A DNA stretch of 64,000 nt from Epithemia pelagica (lineage: Eukaryota > Protista > Bacillariophyta). Under the pieces are notes generated by a model. It was not told the DNA's origin, did no database searches, and worked only from the letters and a program-made list of their open reading frames with translations. Within the stretch, counting starts at the first letter, position 1. Every line of letters starts with the position of its first letter. Both the position numbers and the translations under genes were made by a program. Positions 20,139-31,200 of this stretch are shown one piece after another. The stretch covers positions 1,240,001 to 1,304,000 of the forward strand of contig OX337240.1 in the NCBI GenBank assembly GCA_946965045.2, read 5' to 3'.

Positions 20139-20592
20139 TGTTCGAATATTGTACATGCGGGCATATGTAACTGATGGGGACCTTGGGGGACCGCAGACGC
20201 AAACCTCATGACTCCATTAGGCCCAACGCATCATCGAACCGCCTTTCACAAAACGCAAAACGACGGACGATGGATCCAGGCGACGATGCCTATGTAACGA
20301 TCGACAATGCCTATGTAACGATTGTCGTTCTTAAGGACAGGATCCCATGACCATTGTCATAACGGTCCATGGCCCTAAGTGAATCAGAAGATACTTAGAG
20401 GCTGCGATATCCCACGAACGGTGGCAGGTCCGTCCTTAACACATCTCGTCGCCCAAATTGGTGACACAACGTCTCCACCAACGATTCAACGCATCGATGA
20501 CAGTAGGGAACGGAGACGTAGTACCTAACATCGTAGACACACAATTTTGCAACAAGAGTCCTTTTCTTTACTCGCTAGTAAGGAAAACAACA
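20139..20592 (+). repeat. 3' LTR of element 2 (454 bp)
   Basis: Direct repeat of 14376-14829. Confidence 0.97.
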
Positions 20593-20696
20593 GTGCCGTG
20601 GGTGGCTTTTAAACGAAACCACAAATAAGCCCGAACACGATAAAAGAATCGTATCGTTCAGTCTTCCGCTAACTCGTGAATGGGAGTACGAACTAG

Positions 20697-22227
20697 ATGG
20701 TGCGAAAGTGTGCCCGCAAGAAAATGTCATCAAGAGCAAAAGAATCAGAAACATGAAGCTACGTACAAGTGGCTAAATAAACAAAGATGTGTTTCAAGTT
20801 GATAATGTCCGTTGTCCGTTCTGTACCATCACCACTACGGAACAAGGTCGAATTCACCTTTGGTTATCGCTACTCGTATGTCTATGAAAATGATACGACA
20901 CCCAATTCCATAAACCAAAACGCTCATGTCGACGGTCAAGAGCCACATTCGAATAAACAGACCGCCGATGATAGGCAGTCGCAGACGCAAAGGAACGCCG
21001 ACTTAGATGTCGATGCAGCTGTCAAAGATGCAACCCCAATTGCCTCTGAAAACGTATCCGCCGTACTGATTCCGTCCAAAGCTGGAACCACCGAGCAAGT
21101 TCAATCAACAGATGTCAGTATGCAAGATATCACCACCTCCACTCCTCAGCAACAGACATCACCACCTCCATTCCTCAACAACAGACTTCCACTAACAGAA
21201 AAAGATTCCCAGCACACCGAAACATTGGAAGCACAATCCGCCACAAAAACCACATCGAATTTACAGGCCGTGACCAAACTCTCTTCTGTTGGTTTCATGG
21301 CTTCTGGGTGGTCCGGAGGCGTCTCTAAACCACACTGCTGTGCAAACATTCCCTCCGAAATGTGCACCTTGGTAGATGTATTGGAAGAATTCCTCAAAGA
21401 CAGCCGCTCGCCGCCGTATGATCCAAAGAATCACACTGGCTTTTGGCGCTACTTGACAGTTCGAACGTCTCGTAGAACTCAGCAATGTCTCATTGTTCTC
21501 GTCCATGCACCGGTCACGGGTGGTATTGGAGATAGTGGAAGCGTGAATTTTAGTTCTATATGGGAGACTGAAAAGAAACGACTCTTGGAAACGCTTCAAT
21601 CAGCTCGACTGCCAATAAAGTCAGAGTCTGGTGATTGCATCGGAGAATTACAAGTTACCTCCATGTTCCTGCAGGAGTTTGGTGGCGTTTCCAATCCTCC
21701 GCAGGACCATCCAGTTCAGCGTGCTTTTGGCAAAAAGGTTTTGGAGGAAAAGCTTGGCAATAGTATCTTTCAGATATCACCGGGAGCATACTTCCAAGTA
21801 AATACGGCAGGAGCGGAACTGTTGTACCAAATTGTGATGGACAAACTTTCCAAATTTACTCATCATTGCCCTGACGTCAACACCGAACAAATGAACGAGA
21901 ACAGCAACATCGAGTAAATACGGCAGGAGTGGAACTGTTGAACCAAATTGTGATGGACAAACTTTCCAAATTTACTCATCATTGCCCTGACGTCAACACC
22001 GAACAAATGAACGAGAACAGCAACATCGAGTAAATACGGCAGGAGTGGAACTGTTGAACCAAATTGTGATGGACAAACTTTCCGAATTTACTCATCATTG
22101 CCCTGACGTCAACACCGATCAAATGACCGAGAACAGCAACATCGAAAAGACAAGAAAGAAAGTTGTCTTGTTCGATGTGTGCTGTGGTACTGGTACGATC
22201 GGATTAGCTTGTTTGAAAGAAAGAGTT
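20697..22227 (+). pseudogene. Truncated internal duplicate of the TRM2A gene (matches roughly 10763-12087)
   Basis: Near-identical to the intact gene, with a 5' internal deletion, 7-bp duplication (20806-20819), stops at 21915/22031 and a 116-bp triplication; lacks the N-terminus and the catalytic SCNP C-terminus. Confidence 0.92.
21797..22144 (+). repeat. 116-bp tandem triplication inside the TRM2A pseudogene
   Basis: agtaaatacggcaggag... starts at 21797, 21913 and 22029. Confidence 0.95.
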
Positions 22228-22476
22228 CGACATTCCCCCAATGCGTCCGTCGAACACCTTTACGCGCCGTCCTTCCCGAAAATGCCCTATAATATTTTAA
22301 TGTGCTTGTATTCTGTTATTTACTCGTATTAATTATTATTGCACGCGTTATGATTCAAGCGTGACTGGTGACTGTATCCTGATGGGCAAGTTGCGAGTCC
22401 CCGCATATTCGGCACTCGGCATTCAGTCTCGCTCAAATTTCGTAACAACAGCGCTGTTCACCTGCCATACGTTATC

Positions 22477-23869
22477 AAACCCTCGGTATCAGTGTCCACT
22501 GCTTAGCTGTTTTTTGTCTGTGCCACCTTCATGGGTTCCCAGGTGGACACAGACAGAAAATTTCACTTTTCGTCTGTCCTTTTCACCAATATGGTTCCTC
22601 GTGCTGGTGGAACTGCCGGCGTGCAAGTGACAGTTGGCGGTTAGCATCTTCCTGTGACCGTGACCACGATTCAAATTTGGAATCCTTTCACACGACTCTC
22701 GTCTCGTCACAAAAATCTCACGCGGTGTCAAAAACATCGACATTGACCATGAAACGAGCTCTTTCCGAATCCTTTCGACCTGAAGCAGTATTTTGGTTTT
22801 TCTCTCTTGTTGCTTGTTGTTTTTCTCTTAGCTTCTTTCATGTCCTGCATAGTTTTCTCACACGTTATCTCATTAATCTTTGTCCCTGTTAATGTTGATG
22901 CTTGGTGCTCCTTTGATTTTGTCGCAATGAAATGGAGGACAAGTCATTGTAGGCCGTTTGCCACAACTTCTCCTTGCTTTAATCGTAGTGCTGTTTGATT
23001 GTTGGTTGGTTGTGTTCTTATTTTTGTAGCATGTTTTTTTACTCTCATCATTGTGCTTCGCCCATCTCCATGTCGACCACAGATCAAGAACCTTTCGTTG
23101 TGTGTCGGATACTCAAGTACCTAGACCTAGAGATGACGACAAACTGAGGCAGCTTGTTGCCACTAGGCCTACTCAAACTAGTCTTCATAGATCACAGAGT
23201 CGATCAGATATGCTTCAAGATGGCCTCAAACCTACACCAGAGTGTCATGGTTGTTGAAAGCACGGCAATAACACGCACGATCTTACAAAATCTATGAAAG
23301 ATTAGAACTAAACTTCTGATAGAAACTCCTAAAATACTCCTACAAAGAATAAAGCTCTATGTGGTCTCCAATTTTAAGCCGAGGCTCAAATGGAGAATTG
23401 GCATTCCATAGGCACAAACATTCACTCTCAATGAAGTGGACAGAGAGAGAGACAGTTGTCGAATGTCGAATATCAGAAGAGAAAAACGAATACAAGTGTG
23501 AGGGAGAAGTTAGAATGACAGTACAAGAACTGTTGTTGTCATGGAAACATTTTTGTACGTTCAAACTTACCTCAATTGCATGAAAGGCGACAATTCATGC
23601 CATGCCATTGTGGGTGATGGCCTCTGTATGATTTTATGGGGGATTTGGATGGCGCATTCCAACCAACCGTCATCCACGCAGGGCCGCTTGCTGGGCATGC
23701 GTCTGATTCATGAACTGCGAAAACTCCAGCTGTGTATGCGTGCCAATTTGCAATTTAGTCATTTCCATTTGCGTCAAAAAGGAAATTTTCTGTCTGTGTC
23801 CACTTGGGAACCTATGAAGGTGGCACAGACAAAAAACAGCTAAGCAGTGGACACTGATACCGAGGGTTT
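22477..23869. mobile_element. Putative non-autonomous TIR (MITE/foldback-like) element with 88-bp terminal inverted repeats
   Basis: 22477-22564 is the reverse complement of 23782-23869 with 2 mismatches; no long internal ORF; no TSD found. Confidence 0.7.
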
Positions 23870-24098
23870 GCCAAAAGGAATAACGCAGCCCTGCAGCCCT
23901 CGTTATGTATCGCAGAAAGTGCAGCGTTTCTTGCGATATCTCTCTTCCCTTGGGGGCAAAAAACTTTGGGCGCTGCGCTGCACTGTCCGATAGAGTAATA
24001 CGGAATACGGATAGAGACCAAAATAACGTACTCCTAATAACCAGCGGAAGTGATAGCTGGTGTACATACGGATATGGATGACCGATGAAGAGAGATAG

Positions 24099-27000
24099 AT
24101 GAAAAAGAAAAATGAACAAGACCACATGGCGACAGGGTTCACCCAAGATGAAATATCAAACGACTCTAAAATTACGTTGGATTTGAGTCAAACGTCCTTC
24201 AGGATCAAAGAATTAGGGAAGGACGACCGATCGATTGCCACCAGCAACGCAAGTTTCAGAAGCACAGGCAGCAAGGAACAGAAACGAAACCTTCGACGCG
24301 TCTCGACAGAAATTAATTCCAGTCTGATTCTTCCGCCAAACACTGGGGATGATCGGACTTCATCAAATAACATAGAGCGGATGGAACGACTGAGTTCCTT
24401 CACTGCCAACAAGCTACGATTTTCCTCGCTCCAACTTTTGGGACGAGAAAAAGAATTAGCCACTATTGAAGAGTGTTTTGCCCGAGTATGTCAAAGTCAT
24501 CAAGTGCTGACGAAACAAGATTCGTCATCAGCAGAAACTCATCTTCGACAAAGGGCACGGGAACTGATTTGGATCCGAGGGAAGTCAGGAACTGGAAAGA
24601 GTGCTTTGGTAGAAGACTTTATCAGGAAACAAGATAGAAAGAATGGCAACAAACTCAATTTGGTACAAGGAAAGTTCGATTTCTTCTTTCGAGATGAGCC
24701 ATTGGCTGGGTTTGCCGATGGCTTTCAATCGCTCTTTGCCGACCTATGTCAAGACGGAGACCCGTTTCGTGTACAAGAGTTGCGGTCCGCCATTATTTCA
24801 AAACTCAAGGACGACCTTATGGTCCTGTCAACCGTGATTCCGAATCTTCAACAAATCGTAGGAGCTGTGGACTACAGTGGTAGTTGTGACGGTGCTGGTA
24901 CTCGAAATGATGGAGACACCAGCGAGACGGGAAACAACTCAAACTTGACAGGGGCCTCAGGAGAGGACAGCCAACGAATGAAGCATGTCTTTCGAAAACT
25001 ATGCCGCATCCTCACGGCACACATGTCGACTCCACTCGTAATTGTAGTGGATGACGCCCAATGGGCTGACGAGACAAGTTTAGAACTACTCGAAGTCCTC
25101 ATGAATGACCAAGACAACGCTCGTCTCATGTGTCTGGTATGTTATCGATCAGAGGGAGTGGACAGCGATCATGGAGTACAGCAACTTCGGAGAAGAATGA
25201 AGGAGAATCCATGCTCAGGCTCAACAATCACGGACATTGAAATTGAGAATTTGTCAGTCGAGCTTGTCAATCGTGTTATTATGACTGTACTGTCAATTGA
25301 CGACGAACAAGAAACTCTTGCATTGGCGGAGATCTGCCACAGACGCACAATGGGGAACGTCTTTTTCCTTCTCCAGTTTCTCATCATGCTCAAGGAGGAA
25401 CAACAGCTCGAATTTCATTTGGGACTTTTCAAGTGGAAGTGGGACGTCGAAACGATTGAAAGCACCACTGCAGCGACGGCGAATGTCGTCGACATGGTAA
25501 CAGATCGGATGCAAAAGCTTCCTTCCTGGTCTTTCTTGCAACTGGCTGCTTGCTTGGGGTCCCATTTCCATGTTCGAACATTGACCCTTGCATGGAGTCA
25601 AGTTCCCGTGGGCCCATGCGACGATGATTTGTCGAAACGCAGCGATTTAGAATCCATGCTTGAACTGGCGGTCCAGGAGCAGTTCATCGAGCACGTGGAA
25701 GCTGACTCCTATCGTTGGCTTCACGACAATATCCAAGAAGCCGCTTTATTGTCAATTGCCGATGATCGTTTGCCTTCGCTAAAAGTTGAGATTGGTATGG
25801 TTCTCTTGAATTCGCTGAAGGAAGATGAACTCGAGATGGAGCTGTTTGTTATTGCTAACTTGCTTACGTCATTGACTCCCGATAGTGATGCGATTGGACT
25901 CGCCACGACAAATCTTTTCCTCATGGCCGCGGAAAAGGCGATTTCTGTATCCGCTTTCCAGAGTGCGGCAAAATTTGCCAAGAAAGGTATAGAGTGCTTA
26001 CCGTCGCAAGCATGGGAAACATGTTTCGACCAAACCCTTCGGCTATACTCGGTGGCGACAGAGGCATGTGTGTACCTGGGGGAGTCTGACGAGATGACAC
26101 GGTTTAGTACTGCAGTATTGGAGCAACCGAAATGCTCTTTAATCGACAGGCTGAGAGTGTATTTTGTTCAGATTGACTATCTTGGTAACAATGGGAAACC
26201 CTTTGAAGCTGTGGACCTTGCTTTGGATGTGTTGAACGAACTGGGATGTTCATTTCCGAAACGAAAGGCAATTCGTGCGATAACGGCAATGAGGGCTCTT
26301 CAAAGACTGAAGAAGAATCCACCCACGGCTGATTCTCTACGGAATTTACCAGTGATGACTGACCTCAAGAAAAAAGAGATTTTGAAAATCATTTTCCGTC
26401 TTGCTTCCGCTTTCTTTTACACCAGGCAAATATTCCTCTATACCTTGACGAACGCTACGGCTGTTGAACTTGTATTGATGCATGGAAAGGCAGACTATTC
26501 TGGTAGCGCTTTTTTCACAGTGGGAACCATCCTGTCTGCAATGACTGGTGACTTGAGATATCTTACAACATGGAGCGAGTTGGCACAGCTGATGGTAGAA
26601 GTTGTTCCATCCAAACGTCACGAATCACGAGTGTGCTTTACTACCAGTTCTGGACTCGTCTGGACGCGACCGCTCCACAGCTTTCCAAAGGAATTTGTTC
26701 GAGGTTACCAGATTGGAATGAAAGTAGGCGACACGGAGAGGTAAGAATCGTTTCTTGAAGGCTGTTTGTCTTTTTCACATCTGTTTTACCTGTGCACCTA
26801 AATGATCCTTTTGTAGCGCTATGTGGAATTGTTGCTTCAGCCTTTACTTTAAATTCATGGCAGCAAAGCCGTTGAAACTGTTAATAGAGAAATCTCGTCG
26901 ATTCCTTACTCAAATGCAGGAAGTCAAACAGCAAGAGGCGGCGTTTCTTACGGTTAGCCTGTTGCACTTGATGGTGAAATTGGTTGGAACGAACAATTCA

Positions 27001-27681
27001 TCACGTACAAGCTCGCTTTCCCTAGATTCCCGGTCATTGGGGGAACTCCTGGCGGATGAAAAAGAGTTGATTTCGTCGTCCGGAGCCTCAATGTTGGCAA
27101 CATACAATGCTCGACTAGCAACAAACATGCTGCTTTCCTACTCTCGTGACTATATAAAAGGTGCCGACCTGGCCTTGAAAAGAGGGAACGAGTTTCTTCG
27201 AAACTTTCCGGCCACGCCCATCTGTATGTGGGATCATTTCCATATGTGCATGTGTCTCTTAGTGGCAGCTAAGGAAACTGGAAAGAGGAAATACAGGAGA
27301 CAAGAACGGAAGTTTCGGAAAACTATTGAGCGATGGCTCAAATATGGTAATTCAAACGTTGGTCATCATACTGTCCTCCTAGAAGCCGAGCACTTGGCCG
27401 CTCAAAAGAAGCACAAGGCAGCTGGAGAAGCTTATGTGCGTGCAATCAATGCAGCTGCTCGTGGTGGGTTTGTTCAAGATGCGGCGCTTGCGAACGAACG
27501 ATATGCCATTTTCTTGCTTTATGATATGGCGGACTTTTCGAGTGCGGACTTTTACCTGGAAGAAGCGATTCGATTGTACCGCGAGTGGGGAGCCGATGCT
27601 ATCGCGGACAGCCTCCAGGCAAAAGAACCCGCAAAGGTCAAGATCGACGTCTCAATCTCAGAGGAAACATCGTTTCTTTGA
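24099..27681 (+). CDS. STAND NTPase (AAA_16/COG3899, SWACOS-like), copy 2, intact; intron 26741-26816
   Basis: GKSGTGKS, VVDDAQWAD, GNVFF, WLHDNIQE; GTAAG...TGTAG intron joins TES-AMW; C-terminal NERYAIFL...YREWGA segment typical of this family. Confidence 0.9.
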
Positions 27682-28285
27682 TCGTCAATATGAACGGTGG
27701 AAGCTAGAGAGAGAAAGTGTTGGAAATTCATCGTAGATGGAACAAAATTGAATGGCGTGATGGTTCACCCGCACGAATGAGGCTGCATTCGGTTTTGTCA
27801 TTGGAAGTCTCGTCGATCACCATTGTATGAAGATGAAGGTATCTGAAAAATCTGAAAGCAAGGACCTCTACCTCCTTTCTTCCCCGCGGGAGTTGTTTGT
27901 TGTGGGCGCAAGAGAAAGTCCGTCAGCATCCCCCGTCCCCCGGCGTGTCCATTTGCGCCTTCGCGCACAGACAGGCAGAGAGCAACGCCCACGCGCCAAC
28001 ACCGATAAAAGCCCTCCCTCTCTTCTGCTTTGAACGCGCGGTAAAAAACGGGCGTGACCAAATCAAGCTCCCAATAGGCATCAGGACCGGAAGCAAAAAA
28101 GGTCTCCAACCACCACCATCTCGTCATCCAAAAAAACAACCAATACAAAAAGAAAGACGACGTTGCTGAAATACAACCTGTTGGTAGATACGTACAACTT
28201 GGTTGATAGAAAATATTGAATTGGTTTTGATAACGCTTGCAAACGACTGACAGTTCGAATTTCGATTTAGCTTCCCTTCCAGAAA

Positions 28286-31200
28286 ATGAAGTCGTCCTTC
28301 AAAATTGATGCCAACGGTGTCATAATCTTGGACAGCTCCTCTGAAGAGGAGGACAATGTCAATGCATCGGACGATGAAGGAACCTCCGATGTTACGTGTC
28401 CTATTCAAGTTCAAGAGGTTGCAGCGAAACGAGAACCCCGTACAAAGTTCAGGGTTTCGGGAGCTTTCATGGATGACACCACCGAGGAAAAGAAAGACGA
28501 CCTTGACAATGCACAAACATCATGCCTACACAACAATAGTTTGCACAATTCAAGGAATGAATATCCAAGCTCTGTCCAACCGGTAGACAAGGCGCGCGAA
28601 TTGTCAGAACCTTCCTCCACGGAAAAATCTCACATGGAGAACGCAACAGTAACATCACCAGGCGAACCGAGTCAGGCCCCACATAGACCAATGGATCTCT
28701 TGTGCGATCGATCAAAGTCGTGTTGGGTATGCTCTGTTGCCCTCGAATTGCCTGGAGGAGATTTTTGTCTGTATTCTCGTTATGATCATCCTCTCATTCC
28801 TCTGTTCGACGAATCTGGCAAGGACGAGGAATCGTTACAAACAACCAAGGCTCTAGCGGCGAATGTTTGCGTAGTATGTGCTTCAAAACTTGTGGATAAT
28901 GACAACGAAGCGATGGATCGTGAGACTCAAGCATCCGAAAGTGACAATGACAGCAATTCTGAAGCTTGCACGTGCGCTTTGTGTCTTGAATCGGAGGGTG
29001 ATGGTTCTGTTTTCTTTCTTTGTGACAAATGCCCTCGGTCATTTTGTGGTACCTGCGTTGCTTTGTGTCATGGCGGAGGGGAAGCTGGTTTCAAGGTTGC
29101 TCAGAAACTTCAGAACTCTACTGGTGAATGGGCTTGCCCGATTTGCGACCCTCCAGATTCGGTTTACCGAAAGACCACTCCGACGACAAATCAGCCCCGG
29201 TTACTAGAACACGCATATGCCGAACTGGAAGTCGTTGAGCAAGAGCACGAGGATACATTGAAGATTCTTGACAACGATTCTAAGGTGCGTGACGAAATAA
29301 GGGATGAACTGGAGCGAAGTAGTCAGAACAGAAAATCAAAGGATGAAAAGTTCACGGAGGAGGTGGAACGATGGAAAGACGATATGTAAAAGCACGAAAG
29401 AAGGCTGATGGATACAATTTCGCGTTTGCAGGATGAAATCCAAAATGCATTCGGTTGTAATCTACCAGATGTCTATGACAAGCTGAAACCGGACAGAAGA
29501 TTGTCATCTGAGACTCCGACTCCGGCATGGGCTCTGGAAGTGAATAAAATCCTTGTAAAGCGTGACGCAAATGAAGCCGCCTTGTTACAGGATCAATTGG
29601 AAGAGGAGGAGTCAGAGGAAGAGAACTATGACGACGTGGAAGACTTGATGCTTGATGACTTTGATCCCACTGACACGAAACCAAAAGCCAGCGGGTTTGG
29701 AATCGGTCGAAAACCGAGCGCGATCAAGGAGAGGAGAGCCTTTGAAGCAGAAGAAAATAAACTTCAAGAAAAAGGTATATTGGTCAGAGCTGTTCGTGAA
29801 AGCTGTGATGAACAGGTTGAAAAACAAAGAAGGAATGAGTTTCGACCCCGAGTTGTTCATCGTCGACCGAGAAAGAAAGTCACCACAGAGCCCCTGCCAA
29901 AACAAACAAGTGGCTTATCACCTGTAGAAAAGAAAACCACAGACAGCCCAGAGGTACATAAAGGTGGAAAAGGACAAAATAATGCTTGGGACAACACCGA
30001 AACTATTAAGGTTGTTGCCCAGGTAACGAATGGATCACGCGGAAGTCGACACTCTGTTGAAAGCATCTGTTCTAGGAACATGACTGGTGGAACAAGCAAC
30101 ACTAACTGCCTAAGCCGAGCATCTAGTCTCGCTACGATTCATCCATCATCGACAACGTCTCCTCCGAAAAGTTGCAAATCGTCGTCGGGACAGGCATCAA
30201 ATAATCAGAAAACCTCTAATTCCACAAAACGAGTCAACAGAGAGGACATAAAGCTTACCGATTCCAGACCGAAACAAGCACAATGTTCCGAAAAATCTGG
30301 CGAAATACATGTTGGTCCTCCATTGGTGTTACCCGGATCAAATGTGTCGCTTTCTTGTGATGTCTCGGAGAAGCTGAAAGCTCACCAAAAAGAAGCAGTT
30401 GAGTTTATGTGGACTAATGCGTTTGCCGACCGTCTTGTTGAAGCGAAAGAACCCGGTGGCTGCCTTCTAGCGGTATGTCCATGCACTGCTCTGTTGGTCT
30501 TCTGAGCTTCCACTTAACAAGCGTATTGCTTTTGTTGTTTTCCTTACCAGCACAACATGGGCCTTGGAAAAAGCTTATCAACACTCGCACTTCTAGAGGC
30601 TGTCATTCTGCACAAACTTGTGATGACGGTGCTGCTGGTGGTTCCCGTCAACACCCTAGAGAACTGGGTGAAGGAGTTTGACAAATGGATTGAATCGGAT
30701 GTTGAATTTCACAATTTTGGTGATGCTCAGGCGATTGCTCGTGGGGCGCTCACTAAGAAATGGTATCGTCGAGGCGGCTTGTTACTGATCTCTTCTAAAA
30801 CCCTTACGTCATACCTCGGCGGTAGTGGAGACGGCTCTCGTGAATATATCAAGCAAACCGATTTGCTGGTAATCGATGAGGCACACGAGTGTCTCAAAAC
30901 AAAGGGTACCAAATGCGAAAGTGCTCTGAAAATGATCCGAACCAAGAGGAAAATTGCACTTTCAGGAACTCCGCTGCAAAACAAGTAAGTTGTTCAAGAT
31001 TGTTGGACTTTGTTCGTGTCTGCCCTAAGTCGTTGTCTTTTCTCCCTTTTAAGTCTTATGGAATACTATCGGATGATTGATTTTTTACGTCCGGGCCTGC
31101 TTCCATCCGAAAATCAGTTTGATCGTGAATACGTGGAACCGATTCACTTGGGACTCATGAAGGACTCTACTCCAAGTCAGAAAGAGGCAAGTGCAGAGAA

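Larger units (their letters stand above)
14376..20592 (+). mobile_element. Full-length, recently inserted Ty1/copia (CoDi-like) LTR retrotransposon 2
   Basis: 454-bp LTRs TGTT...AACA with no difference seen by eye; GTGCCG duplicated at 14370-14375 and 20593-20598; intact gag and pol; PPT GAGGGAG. Confidence 0.98.

Noticed and set aside
21797-22144. Possible CRISPR-like array
   Set aside because: Units are contiguous copies of TRM2A coding DNA with no unique spacers; eukaryotic context
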